64,000 nucleotides of DNA from Acanthaster planci. Its lineage: Eukaryota. The notes beneath the pieces were generated by a model, which saw nothing but the letters and a program-made list of their open reading frames with translations, ran no database searches and was not told where the DNA came from. The translations under genes and the position numbers were made by a program. The stretch covers positions 3,454,646 through 3,518,645 of the forward strand of contig NW_019091355.1 of the NCBI RefSeq assembly GCF_001949145.1, in the 5' to 3' direction. This document shows positions 47,101-61,205 of the stretch, piece by piece. Position 1 is the stretch's first letter, and every line of letters begins with the position of its first letter.

Positions 47101-50100
47101 ACTCATCCCTACTCGGCCTAACCAGGCCAATTGCATATAGTCTGATAACTAAGTGCTGTTGCAAAGGCCACCTGGTATTACGTATTTATATAGTTGAGCC
47201 TTTCCAGTTTTAAATGCTGCTATTTGCTGTCAACTTTGTTTTTCACGCAATTATTTTATTGTACTTTTCATTGGAGACCTTTTTCAAGTCTGATTTTCCC
47301 CCCAAAGAGTAGCCTGAAACCGGGCCGGACGGGTGATGTGGTATGTCTATCCAAAGTTGTACCGATAAATGTGAGGTTTTTCTGGACACTCTTTTGCCTT
47401 GTAGTGAGTGGGGTGTGTGTGATGGGCATTGTAAATCTCCTGCAGTTAATTTGAATTATACAGGTATAGCAACAGTGTTTAAGTCTGGGGAGCTTGTCAG
47501 GTAACGGTTGCCAACATCTTCTTATGGGTCATAGGTCAGTCAGGGGGCCCGAGGTCAACTTTGCTTGGAATAGCTACGTACTGATTGCCCTGTGTCAGCT
47601 GGCATGCAAGATCAGCCAATCAGAGTAAAGAACATGAAGTGAAATCTCAGCACGCCACCAATAAAATTCCCGGAGCTAGGACAGGTTGCTGAGCAGCCAA
47701 TACCTGCCCTTACATCAGTGAGAAAAGTCAAATTGACAATATTAATTATTTCTTACGGCGCTGCAGTTGAACAGCAGAGCCACCGAACATTGCTGTAAGG
47801 TAACGGCGGCATTGCCTGATTACAGCATTTATTTCCATTAATAAAATATCTCCTTAAGGGTAAGAAACGGGCAATAAGTCCCTCATGTCAGAGAGGCAAA
47901 ACTCTGTTCATTTCATCCATAGCAGTCATGGGCCGCAGGTGGTTGACAGAGATAAGTCATGGCTTGACAGGTTGCCATTCAGGGTAGGAAGGACGCCGCT
48001 ACTTGAACCTGGATCAGAAAGTAGCTCGATCACACCTGTACACTTTAAAAGTGTTACAGAGTTGTCACCGAGCCGGTCACAAAGTCACTGCAAGTTGGTT
48101 TCAAGATAGTACCGAGTCAAATTACAAGCTATTGAAATGAACTAAGGCATTCATTTGTCCTTGTTCAGCTCTTCAGTTCTTACCTGACTTGCAGACTGAC
48201 TTGCAGACAGACTTGTGAGTGACTCGATACCAACTCCAGAATGTCACTACATACACTGTAGTTAGCCACTCGTTTGCAAAGTTCTGTCAAGTTCAAGTGA
48301 AACTGTGCCGAAGGTTTCGGTTGCCGTCTGAATTCGTTATCAAGGAATGACCTTTTTTTGAACAACTGAATTGTTCTTCAAGCACCCACTCAGCTACCAG
48401 AGGCCATTTTCATTGATCTGCTTGGCACACTTGGCTGTTGTGAAGACAGGATACCAGCCAGAGTTGTCATATGGTACACATTGCTTTGGCTGGTTCTCAG
48501 TTGATTTATTTCTTAGCACAAAAAAGTGCTCAGGAATTGGGCCTCGAAAGGAATTCCATGACATGGAGTCCAGCAAAGTTTTTGAGAATTCCAGGTTGTA
48601 CTTGAAAGAGAACGAATATCACTAGACTTCATATTCACAGTGATTTTCTTAATATTGTAGTTATCGTTCTGTTCAAGCAGAACATCAGGGACTTGCACTG
48701 GACCCATATTGTAGGCATATCTGAGGAGATGCTGTAACTGTGCTGGCACCACACTCAAGCGTGTCAAAGCATCTGATTGGTGGAAGAGGCAGGTAACACA
48801 TGCACCCCCCCCTCGGGCACGAGCATTGTGTCACCGCAGTAATGACTTCCTGCTTGCCGCATTGCACAATACATGTATCTCCCTGACCAAAGTAGCAGCA
48901 AGGGCCTGTTTGTTTCATACAGATCCAGATCGCAATCAGCGATCCGACGTTGGTCCACTGACACCAGAACCCACTTAACTGATGGCACAAACCAGCTTTG
49001 GGATCACTGATTGGGATCCAAATCTGTGGGCAACAAACAGGCGCTGAAAGACGTTGGACCCATTAGCACAGAAGCACTGTAGTTATGAATTATAAGTAAT
49101 TTTAGTAGACATTCCACGCACTTTTAGGTATCATAGCAATGGGATGGGGACAGCAGAGGTCAACTCTAGGTCACAGTTGTTATCACTCATGATTTCAGGT
49201 GTTCATTACCACCAAGTTAAGCTCGGTAATCTAAAAATGGGATGGCGTGTTCAGTTAATATTGCCATCTCATTTGGCCGGGGGGTAAGATTAACCTGTGA
49301 CTGTGCTGAGCCCCACCCCTCCCCCTTTCTTCTCTTTCTAATCGTTTAACGAAGAACAATTGCCAACACCTGCGTTGTTTTGGTTGTTACGCTCCGTTTG
49401 GAGTTGCAGTGACACCCCGGGGCCAAGTACGCCCGGAACCAGATCCGGCGCGCGTGTGACCCTCCAGTACTGTGACTCTCTGAAAAGTGGGTCAGGGGTC
49501 CACAACCAGTCCCACCTTGAAGTTGATCACGTTATAGCTGGAGGGAAAGGCTGGGGGGGGGGTTACTGGGTGGTACGTTGTCTCACTGTGTCTGATATCA
49601 GTCTGAGGGTGGGCTCGAGATGGGTGCGGTCAGTGTCATTTGCCTGAATGAGAACAACGGGAAATCATTTCTGGCGATAATCCAACTTTTTTCAATCATA
49701 CTGTGCCCATTTCTTTGCAAAAATTTGATGTAAAAAAAATCAAAATTTTGCTGTGCTAGACCTTACAGCACTTGCAATTCTTAGATTGAAATTCCAAAAT
49801 TCTGCTCCACTGGCATTCACGTGGAGTTTGCAATCCTACACATTTTGATTAGTTGACATCCTTGGCATTGAGCCAATCCCCGGTCACCCTCCAAACTTAT
49901 TCAACTGTGAGATAAAAACTGTCGCTTCAGCCGGTAGCACATCCTTCCCTTTTTTTTTCGTCTCCATTTTTGCACTCGTGTCACCTCATTTATTTTCTGC
50001 AATCGGTATCTCACAACATACCCTTCAGCACAATATCCAGGTACCGAGGAAGTGTAGTTGAATAACAAAAATCTACTTTTGTCTCCATGGTAATTTCTCA

Positions 50101-51900
50101 AACAGGAAAGCAGTCACAATTACTCATGTCTGTTGCAACATAACTTCTTTTTTTTCTGTTTTCGACCACCTTTGGCTTCTTCTAAATGTCAGGTAGGCCA
50201 GGTTGTTAGTCATTTGGGGGGGGGAATGGTTTCAGGAGAAGACAAAAAGGTAAAGTTGAGAGAAACTGGATGTGACCTGTGCCGGTTGAACAGTTAGGAA
50301 GCCCCCACGGTGATACAGTGACTCATGCAAACTCTTGCGACACATTGTTTTATGTGATGCCGACGTGACTGAGCCACCAGTCGCGGAAGAGGTGTGAGGG
50401 TTTTTTGTTACTCTCAGTCCAGACCCCCCTCCCAAAAAAATGCAAAAATGTAAAAAAAAAAAAAAAACCTAGACCATTTCTGAAAGACTCAGTGACCGCC
50501 ACATTACTGACTGACTTCAGAGTGTCATTACAAATCTAACCCCTAACGTTTATTCCGTAGTAGTGGGGACTAATTCAGGCCTGTTTCACAGTTCTTTCAG
50601 GGACAAGAAATGATGTGGGGATGCACGATCAAAACTTTTCACAACTTGGTTTGAGTTCTTGAAGATTTTCAGAATCAATTTTCCATGTAGCAGTGTTTTG
50701 ACGGTCTGTTTTGGAATGTGTCCGTCCGGCGATGACCAAAGTACAATCATTTACAGGGTAGGTCTTTTCAGATTTCCCTGCTACTTGTACCCCTCAATCT
50801 CAGCAGAGTTTAATGTGTCTCCCGGATATATAGTCCAAGAACATCGGGCACATTTTTGAGTTTGGCCAATAATATTACAAGGAAGATAGACGTGGCTATG
50901 GACCTACGATGGCATTGCTTGTCCTGGTGGATGTTTGTGGCCAGCTCATTCCACTGGTAGATCCACAGGGAGATTCTTTGAAGGTTTATCGTTCCTCTCC
51001 AGGGTTGACAAAAAAATTCCCCCCCAGCCAAACCTGGACTTACCCCAGCCTGCACCCCCTCTGTAACTCCATATTTAAGTCCCTGAGCCAGGGCCTTGGA
51101 CATTGACCTCTGACACGGTTTCTCAATCCCCACCGCAACCACCAAGGCAAGAAGCCAACCATAGCAATCGCATTACGGACCAGGATATATCCTAATCAGC
51201 CCCATTTCCCCCCACCCCTGGGGGGTCATTCCTCACCCAGTCTGAGGCATAAGGTGTCGCGGTGTGGATGGAGACTTCCTAGTCCATTTTCCGAGGCCTG
51301 TAGACCATCCTATTTTTTTTGTTTTTATTTTATAAGTTAAACTTCCCAAAAATGATGCAGAGTGGAAATATATACCTTTATGAATAACGTAATAAGCATA
51401 AATGGAATTATTGTCATTGTATTGCTTAGAATAAACCAATTCAGTATTTCAACAGGATAAGGCCAATTAGGATTAAAAAAAACACCTGACATCTCACCTG
51501 GTTGAACATGCTCAGTACGTGCAATCAATTCAGGAATCAAAACAAAGCCAATCAATAAGCATATTGATCATCTCCAATAATCAATATCTCCAATGTGCCT
51601 CATTGTTGGGCCGTTATGTTGGAATTCTGAACTGGTTAAGCGCTGACTGCATAGCAGAGGCAACTCAAATTACATGAACTGTTGATTAGGAAGCTAAACT
51701 TCAAGTATATATATATCTATTTTATGTATATGCGCTTGTACAGAGGTTTATTAAAACAGAATACGAGATGTGTACACAGGTTTTGTAAATATTTTCAGCT
51801 TATTAAAATATGTTGGATTACAGTCCAGAGAGTTACTTACCTATTGCACTGTGCAAAAATTTAAGTTAATGGTTTAATAAATTCTATAAACTCTTACTGG
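47101..51900 (+). other. Probable long 3' UTR of the RhoGAP gene
   Basis: No further coding exons seen. AATAAA occurs at 47660, 47839, 51430 and 51876. The last lies in a TA/TGTA-rich block followed by GT-rich sequence, typical of a distal poly(A) site. Confidence 0.4.
48058..48238. mobile_element. MITE family C, diverged inverted copy
   Basis: ACAAGCTATTGAAATGAACT is the reverse complement of the family C core. It has GACTTGCAGACT 12-mers and GAGTTG...CAACTC ends. Confidence 0.5.
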
Positions 51901-54900
51901 TTGACTATACATTGTGTACCAAGTGTGAGTCCATTTGTGTGAAACATGTTGGTGTTGTTAAGTGACAGAGTAGAGTGATGGTCCAAAAAAGATGGGGGGT
52001 GTTTATTTTGCAGATGCTTGCATTCTGCTTCCGTTTTTTGTCAAGAACGGAAGTATAGAAAAGGGTTGCGCTGGACCTTTGAAAGCTTTTTAGTTTTCAT
52101 TTATATCTTGTAACTTTGCCACTTGGGTGCCAGTTTTGATAACTTTGAACTATAACCCTCAGGCATATCCTGACTATATCAAAATCCTCGATCCACATAT
52201 TGACTGCAGCAAAGTGCCATATGGGTGTTTATGCATCCTTGGGGAGTGTGAGTAATCGTAAAAGGGTCTTAAATAGGACTCTCTGTTTCCTCTACTGTTT
52301 TATGAGGTCTGAAAATAGGACCCGCATCAGTCCTCTGTCCTATCTGTGTGGTCACTCGAGTGCCGGGGGGCATAGATTTGTCCAAGTGACCGAAATCGTG
52401 CCAGCCGATATGGTTTATACAACACGCTACAATCCACAGAGCTGTCATTCTGAATGTTGGGCTGAGCTTTTGACAAACTCCAAAGGGTGATGATGCAACC
52501 AGTCAAACTATTGCACATGGCACACGGGAAATTGTACGTTTGATACTTGATGTGCATCAAGACCGCATTTGATGTAGAGTTGATACATGTACCACGTGTC
52601 AGGTGTTTTGCCGGCCAGCAAGAAATGGGTGATGAAGAAAATAAGCTCTGAAGAGGTTGGGTTGAGAGAAGAGGAGAGGAGAGGAGAGGGGGCAAGTTGT
52701 ACACCCATTTCTCTCTCCTACCTTCCAACAAAACAGGAAAAAAAACCACTTCCCTTTCACTCGAATCTCCTTTTTTCAGATCAATGGTTCTGGTTAATCC
52801 ATCTCTACTAACTAATTCCCGAGTAAAAACTGTGCTCCTCTGAACTTAGAAAGTTACTCCTTTTTTCCAAACTATCATGATGACCCTGAAGCATGTCAAG
52901 CATACGAATAGAGGAAACTGTGGCTTGTAGCGGGTTTGATGCCATCGCACTGTGTTGTCACTGCCTTAGTGTTTACCTTGCAGAGCAAGAAAACCACAGA
53001 CTACAACCTGTGGGACGTAGCGACGACAAACTTACAAGGTTAACTGATTGATAACTTTAAAGGGGTTGCTGAAGTACATTAGGATACTCTCTTGGTTACC
53101 GGGGAGAATATCAGGACCTGGGGTCCACACAGATACCCCAAAAGGGCCATCATTTCTCTCCTTAAAAAGTCTCATTCGTCATCGACTAGTACCACTAGTC
53201 ACTTTCCTGAATGCCCGATGATGGCATCCAGTCTCTGACCACAAGTTGACAGAGCTCTTGAAAGTCTTGCTGTTGTCTTCCGCTCTCCGTTTCACCTTGC
53301 TTCACACATCCTCCCCTCAGTAAATGACAAGTCCAACAAACCGCAACACACCTCATCCCTCTTGATAAATGGAACACTTTGTGGAAGGTCTGAACACAAA
53401 GTTCTCCCTAGTTCATAGGGTTCAATGCTTTTTTTTCCAATCCCAAGTGTAAACGTGCTTTGATATTTCAGAGCTTTGAGGATTCCAGACTGTTTTCTAA
53501 ACTTTTGGGGCGGGGCTTGGGAGTGCCAGGCCCAGAGCCTGTTCTGGTATGTGCTCTTAAAGGGAAATGGAAGATTTGAAATTAACAGAGGCAGGATGCC
53601 AAGTCATGCTCTGTGAGGGTTCGAGAGCATGACATGCCCCCATTCAGCACAGTTCAAAGCAGTCACACTGAAACCGACTTGACAGGTACCAGCAGGTAGT
53701 TCAATACAGGTTCGTGAAGCACCCCTTGAAACCTCAACAATTCCCACAGTGCACTTTTCAGTTGTCAGAGCCTCTCCAAATGTATTTTCTCTTTTCCTGC
53801 ATGAGACGCAGCTTCAAGGAATGAGTGCGCAGCCACAGGGCAATGACGAGGGCAGTATTAATAGAAACCGCCGACCCAACCACAAAGATGGTCGCAAACG
53901 TACCCACAAACGGTATGCAGTTAAGCCCGAGATCCACCGCAGTTAATGAGGCCCAGGTACCGTTGCGGAAGACAGGGATGCGTAATGTTGGCTCCATCTC
54001 AAGCTGTGCAAGGTACTGGCTGTCAGACAAATGAAATGGGTCTACAAACAGGGCCAGTTTCAAACAGTTGGGATTTGTTCAGTGCCAGTGGGGGATTTTG
54101 TTGGCAAGGAATCCTGACCTGTCATGTGAGTGTGAGGTGCTGTACAGGACTGTTACCCTGGATGAAGATGTGATGGAGATGTGATGGGTTTCAAAAGTGT
54201 ACCTACCCGTAACTTTCGCATGTTTCCTTCAGCTTGCAAAAAATAAGCTTCTGAAAGGTTGCCCTCCACACAGCCTGGTGCTTTCTCATGTAGTGCTCCA
54301 TTCCATAGGAATCTGTATTGGGCCTTCCAGGAACAGAACAAATATGGCTACAAAGTGAAAAAGATGACTCATGTTAAAAGCCAGATGAAAAATCTGCATC
54401 TTTGAGCGACACAAACTTTACTAGTAAGGTGGCCTTGCATAAAGATGAGACGGAAAGATGCCATGTCAATCTGGAGTCACAAAAGCAATGTAACAGTACC
54501 TGACCTCGGAAGATTTCATTTCATGTGTGTCGTATGTGCCCACAGGTAGTGGAGATCTATTACATGAGCAAGGCACTAGACCCGGTGTGTCAAAGGTTGC
54601 ATTACCTCAAGGTCTGGTATCCTGGTCCTCCTAGATAAAAAACTTCAGCAAGAGATGCTCAGTTGACTTGGAAATACTTCGACCAAGAACTGCCAACTTA
54701 TTGGGTGTGAGACTCATTGATTTAAAGCCATTTTCATGTTCTTGTGGAATCGGCAAGTTTCAATTTGTTTACCTCCTGTCTAAAGAAAACGTAAATTTTT
54801 GTGACCAATAAATTTACAGGTCAAATTCATATGCTTCTGGTCAAATGTGTAACAGAACCTGTGGTGGTGTTAAACCATATTACTGCTTCATGGGTATTCA

Positions 54901-54903
54901 TTA

Positions 54904-55180
54904 GGCAACTGCAGCATTTCATTGGTCCATTCCATGGACTCAACAGTGTGATACTTTTTAAATTATTTCCCCGTGTCATGTGCAAAACCAGAGACGAACT
55001 ATCGCACCTGAGTTACAGCCTCAGACTTGTCTCAGTACAGCACAATCCTTCTTTTTTTTCAAACAAATGGCACGTTAACTTTCTGTTCATCTCCTTGAAT
55101 TAAAATTAACGTTCAAGTTGATCCAAACACAGCGCAATCACAAACATACTGGAATGGACCAATGAAATACAGCAGCTGCC
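54904..55180. mobile_element. PIF/Harbinger-like MITE
   Basis: ~30-bp TIR GGCAACTGCAGCATTTCATTGGTCCATTCCA / TGGAATGGACCAATGAAATACAGCAGCTGCC, flanked by TTA and TAA. Confidence 0.7.
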
Positions 55181-56485
55181 TAATTCACCTCGGGAGAAAT
55201 CCTCTAAATCATCCTAACACCTCAGGGTCATTAGTTTTCACTATTTCCCCGAAAACCATGAAGTATTCCTATACTAAATAGCATAATACTTCACTGCACA
55301 ATACTTCAAAGAACGACGACAAAGGAGAAAGAGAGAAAGACCTCCACTTTTCACTGTTCACAGTATAGATTTATTTAACAACCTACTTCATGGTCAGTAA
55401 GATGTTTCCAAATCTGGCTTCTATCCTCAGAGAAAAAGTACCATACTAGTACCTATCCTGCACAGAAGTACCTCAGCGTGCAGTTTCATCAGCAGTACAT
55501 GGTTATGCTGTGGTATTTTCAACAAGTACTACTAACAACACAACCACATCAATGTAGTGTTTCTTGTTACTTAAACAGTGTTACATCAATGTAGCATTTA
55601 CTTTAATGTAGTATTTAAAGTACTACTATAGTACTTTTCATAAGGGATTTTTATTTTTAAACCAGCTTACACAAGAAGTTCATTGATTCGTACACAGAAA
55701 CCATCTGGTTTTTCTGATACATGTATTCAACATACACAAGGACAAGTACTGTATTACATACATACAACACTTCTGGTCACAGCTTTTCCCCTCTTTTTTT
55801 AACATATAGCCTGACAAGATCCACTTCAATGTTCTCCTTTGTGAACAGTTGTTTTCATAAAGCAAGATGACATGAACCAGGCTGGATATGAGAGCTACTT
55901 TCATGAAACAACCTCAATATATAAACAAGGTTTTTCAGAGCGGCCTTCACTGAAGACGGCTTAGGTCGATGGAAGAATGCCAGATAATCTCGAGTCAACC
56001 TGAGCTGAGGATCAGACCAGGCTAGTGGCAATGCCTCACATGGTCACATTTCAATAGGATAATCTCTGCAAATGGGCCATATTGGCCAATGTGGCCTCCA
56101 AAAAAGTGGCCAACGTCTTCACAGGACCCGGCTTTTTTTGGTAGCCTTAATTATACGCTTCACACTTTGGCCAGTCCTTCTGGAGGCTCCTTCCTTTGAT
56201 TGTTGGCTACAACATCAACAAGCACAGTCGGAAAGGTTCCCCAAGATTAACTGCACTCTGGGAATGACAGCAGATCACCTGGCCAGAAGTGGCCTCTAAA
56301 TGTGACCAGCATACATGTCTGTCATTTGCATGTTTAGAAAAGATAGTTCTTCAAGACATGGGTGGTCACAGAAATATAGTGGCCACTTTATTACACTGGC
56401 CTTAAAAAATCTGACTAAGCATGGAGACTTCCTTCGTGGAGAATCCCTACAAAATACCTCCTGACAAATGTGCACGAACAAACAC

Positions 56486-56668
56486 TGCGGTTGAACCTCA
56501 TTAATAAGAGTAGCGCTAGTTACTACAAGATTCTGCTTAAATCATGAAAATTTCAAGCTCCCAATCCTCTGTTTTTCATTGTTTTCATTCCTGATAATAC
56601 AAGGTTCCCGTTATAACAAGGTCATTTGCCAAGTCCGAAGGACCTCTTATGAGTGAGGTTCGACGGTA
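56486..56668. mobile_element. pogo/Tigger-like (Tc1-mariner) MITE, decayed
   Basis: Ends TGCGGTTGAACCTCA / TGAGGTTCGACGGTA resemble TACAGTCGAACCTC-type TIRs. Internal CGTTATAAC motif. Confidence 0.55.
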
Positions 56669-57429
56669 GTTTGTTCAGGAAAGTATTGCCAATATTTTCA
56701 GAATCTGTGAAGAGGCACAATCACTGGCAAAACACTACTTTTTTCTATTAGACAACTTGAGTGATATCCATTTTGGGTTTCAATTGTCACATGCGTAGAA
56801 CAATCAGAAGCAGCCATCTTGAAATGACTCTCAATGAAGCCCAAGAAAATACACCCTGGCAATGGAGGACCTGAAGCACCCTCCCGAGACAGTAACCATT
56901 TGGGGAGTGTCATGACCTTTCATCTTTTTTTTTTAAAGCTGTTTCACCACAAAGACACAGAGATTCGAGGGGCACTCTGCACTGGTTTCACTATGTGCTA
57001 ATTTATATACAATTTACACAGGAAAAAAAAAATAGTAACAACTATCCATACTCAATTTCAGCCGAGTGCAGGCGGAAATAAACAAAATACAAAATATTCT
57101 GCCAACCAAAAGAAGATAATAACAACCTTGAGGCCTATCTTCTCAAACTGTGTGCATTATCTGTGAACCAAACTCACTGTTCAAGAATTCTTTTTGAATT
57201 TCGGCAAGAAGATGACTCCATTCAAAAAACACTTGAGCTTTGACAGAAAAATTCCCCTGAACCTCCTTTATCCAATGCTTGCCAATCTAAGTAGAAACAG
57301 AAACAAACATGTTCTTACACTGACACTGACATTCTGAGAAATGAAATGACAAAAGATCAGTAACTACTATGTTTCAGTAAAGACATTTTGAAATGATCGT
57401 CATGGGAGCTTACGGGAAATTTCTAATGC

Positions 57430-57612
57430 CTGACTGGCTATTGGCCACACCACCTGCTGAACTGGCTGTAAGCCAAGTGGGCTGCTGGCTAAAGCGGCTG
57501 CTGGCTACACTTGTTGCAGGCCAAACTGGCACCTGCCAATCCGGCCACAGGCCAAACTCACTGCTGGCTAATCTGGCTGCAGGCCAAACTGGCTACTTGC
57601 CAATCGGTCAAG
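57430..57612. repeat. Degenerate short-unit repeat (GGCCAAACTGGC-like)
   Basis: Recurrent CTGGCT / GGCCAAACT words, e.g. GCAGGCCAAACTGGC at ~57517 and ~57579. Confidence 0.45.
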
Positions 57613-58527
57613 TTAGTTTCAAGCCAATCATTCCACTAACAATGACCTCAATCAGCTAACTAATACATGCAAACAGTTTACTTTTCTCTTAATGGTCTCA
57701 AATATGTATCAATGAAGCCCTACCACAATGCAATGCAGGCAAAAGATGTTGTGTGAAATGGTGCGTTAACACTTTACTTGTCATTTATCGGACATCTTCA
57801 TTGGATAATCTCAACATGAGAAGCTGAACAGACTAGGAAATACTCAATACTTTTCAATTTAAAAGTGGACTGGGGTACAACAATCCCAGCTTTCAGAAAC
57901 TTTTGGGTCGCATAACTGACCCCGTTCTTCCATTTCTATACCCACAATGGAGATTTTTCCCACTGGATCTAGTTGTCATATCTCTTAAGTACAAGTTTAT
58001 GCGTGAGTTTGGGGGGTCCATGACCAAAACATACTGGCACCCATCAGGACTGATCATCTTAGTAACATTATACATCCTGAAGTTAGGTAACCAGACCAAG
58101 ATGGCCACAGCATCACCAAACATGCCAACATAACCCGAAGATGATTTCAATTGCTTCTGCTTCATAATTGATTACATGACGCAATCACAAGTGAGCATCA
58201 GATTGGATGTGGAGTTTTTATGCGGTTCAAGCTCCATCAATTTTAGGGTAAATCGGGAGGAATTCATAGGCCAGTAACCATAACAACCACAATCAGTAAA
58301 GACACCATCATTAAGTTGGCATAAATTCATTCTTTCTCAAATGATTTCGATCGGAAGACAATAAGCGAGTTTAAAAAAAAAAAAGTAATTGGCAACTCAC
58401 TCCCACTCTTCAACATCCAACCCTGTGTTCAACAAAAATCCTGGCAACAGTTGCACCAACTTTTCAAATCTGTTTCTGGAATGAGCTTTGAGCTGAAAAA
58501 TACATAATGCAACCTTCATCACTTTAA

Positions 58528-58951
58528 CCCTTAAAGAGCCGGGTTGGGAGAATCTTCAACATTTTTCCCGATATCACAGCTGTGCATTTCTTTTCAGGAG
58601 TAGAGCCTTTATGAATTTTTGAGTAACTCTTGGCTGTCATTCCTCAAAATCAAAGATGCCCGTCTTTGTGCAGCGTGCATTTTTCCCAAGGCGGCTCAGT
58701 CAAAAATGTATACTCTTCCACTGCGGATCAACCCACTCTGGCTGGCACAAATGATGCCTTGAACTTCAAACGACCTTAACACCACAACCACATGTCTGAC
58801 TGAGTTCAATACTTCACATTTGTAATGAAAAGGAGTGTCCTTTAGTTTCCAAGTTTCAAAAAAAGAGAGTGAGGCACAGCCGAGTTCTTGGGGGGAGGAA
58901 AGAATCCCCCTCCCCTGTGAGATGGCCAAAAATTACCCGGCTGTTTCAGGG
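58528..58951. mobile_element. piggyBac-like MITE with TTAA TSD
   Basis: TTAA|CCCTTAAAGAGCCGGGT ... ACCCGGCTGTTTCAGGG|TTAA; 15 of 17 TIR positions match. Confidence 0.8.
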
Positions 58952-61205
58952 TTAAAAGACTCTGTCAGCATCCACCCTCCACAAATAACATGTACATGTA
59001 CAACTCCCTAGTGTGTCAAACAGAACCATACACTATCATTTGCTTTAAAAGTGAACATTTTGTTCCATCAATTTGCAGAGTCAGGAGCTCTGCCTATTTT
59101 AGTTGTTTGGAATGAGAAGAAAAATGTATTAACTGACTAAAAAAAATGTGCACAACAGGTATTGTCACAATTACATCACTTATCGTGAATTTCAAGGTTC
59201 CGTATACAACTGCAAATGGATAGAAACGGGCTTGCCGTATTGAAACAAGAATGAATCTTGCACACCAGTGGTCATACAAAAAAATAATAACTGGGCGAGA
59301 TGCTAATAAACCTCTGCATTATACCCCTGCTTGGGTTGTCTGGCCCTTTAAATGTTCTCAAAGGGTCAATGGAAAAAAGCCACACTCACACCAAGTTGCC
59401 AAGAGACACATTTCAAATGAAGGTACCGAACATTACAGTTGTGGCTACAAAATTAATGCTGTACTATTTAATAATAATTAAAAAAAAATATCTAGTTCTG
59501 GTTCCACAACAATGACGATTACAAAGTGTTTTTCAAGTATATCTCCCTGGTTTGTTAGCTTTTTTCCCACAGAAAACAGGGTCCACAAATATCCCCCCAA
59601 AATATCAGGGGCATTTTAGAGTTGTTCACATTTTTAAACGGATTGTAATAATTACCACAAAAGTTTTTAATGTATCCTGTGGAAGGCCAACTCACACGAT
59701 CGGTAATTATGTCCAGCCAAAAAGCCACAAATTTGCAGCCGTAATGAGAAAAAATGAGTTACAGGCATGGTTCACGCGATAATTTGCAAACGTGGACTTG
59801 TAAAAAACTGCAGGAAATACATTTTAAATAACTATTACCATCATATATATATATATGTATGTATATATAAAAACAAAGGACAGTCTTGCGTTTCATGACC
59901 ACGCGCAGAAGGATCACTCTCGTCTTCAACAATGGCAGGTGTGAAACTCACGAGGGCGGTATTATAACACTTCAGTGCTGCAACCAAACAAGGGGCTGGG
60001 GGTGGCCACAATTCAGTTAATGCCAGGTTGATGTCAACATCACCACACAGTGGGGGATACATTGGACACGAGAGGGCAGCAGACATGTTTTGTGTGGAAA
60101 TCACTGTACTGCCTGCAACTGCAAACGTGCCATGCCTTCTGTCACCTGTTCTGAGGACTTGTATTTTACTCCATGCTGGCAAATCAACGAGCAGTCCAAC
60201 CTGTTCACTTCATTGGAATATCTTACAGTGATAAACTTGATCATAATTATTTCTCACCTTAAGATACCATTTGGCGATAATTTATTCCAACAGCTGAAAT
60301 ATCTACGCCTGTCATAGGCACTGCCATTTTCTGTACGCGACAGATTGCAAACACAGGGATTCTTCTTTGTTAAGCACAGAATGATGACAGCAGAGAACCA
60401 GTCTGTTCAGTCCACCGATGAAATCGGCCTTGAGTTTGAGGGAGGTTTTTATTCTTTGATGAAACTTCTCTCATGTCTAATGTTTGCATTCTGTGCACAA
60501 GATCAAGTAATTGTTTAAACGGGGCTGAATTTGGAAACTTTTGCAGGGAATAAGGATCTCCACTGTGACATGGAGGTACGTGTACGTTAAAGGACACCAC
60601 GGCAGCTTTAACAGAAAATATCAGTATTGATCAGAAACTCCAGACTTTTGCAGGATTTGATGATTTCTTGGACACTTCGATGTATTTCCCTTATGAAATG
60701 TCCGAGGGCATGAAAAAGAGAATATAAGGACCTTTTCTAAAGTCGTTTTTCAAACTTGAAAAAAAAAAACATGCCCAACAGAATTCGTCAGCATAGGTTG
60801 GAGGAGTAATCGACATGCAGTGCACAATGAATTATTTTCTTGTTTACAGCACACACACACACACAGCCATTCACATATTTACCTCCTCTGCGTTGATGGA
60901 TGGCAGAGCAATCCACCATGCAAAGATATGTTCAGGTCAATCGAGTACAGGTCGTACATTTTACAATGCACTTCCACTCTAACTCAAAGAGATATCCCTG
61001 TACGTCACAGCGAATTTTTTATACAAGCACCGTCACTTTCTTCTTTTTTTTTTTTAAAGTTCAATATTCAGTAGGTAGTCCTCAAGGTTAAAGGTCATAT
61101 GCAAATGACCTCCAATGTCTGTAATATACGTTACATGTTGAACTGGGGGGTTATACATGTCCTTAAAAGTATTAATTTAGTAGTGGTTGTTCCGTACATG
61201 CATGG

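Larger units (their letters stand above)
55350..61205 (-). other. Probable ~5.9-kb 3' UTR of the JNK gene
   Basis: Follows the minus-strand TAG at 61206-61208 and is U-rich on the minus strand. AATAAA at 55375-55370 is followed by a U/GU-rich downstream element (55340-55310). Confidence 0.55.
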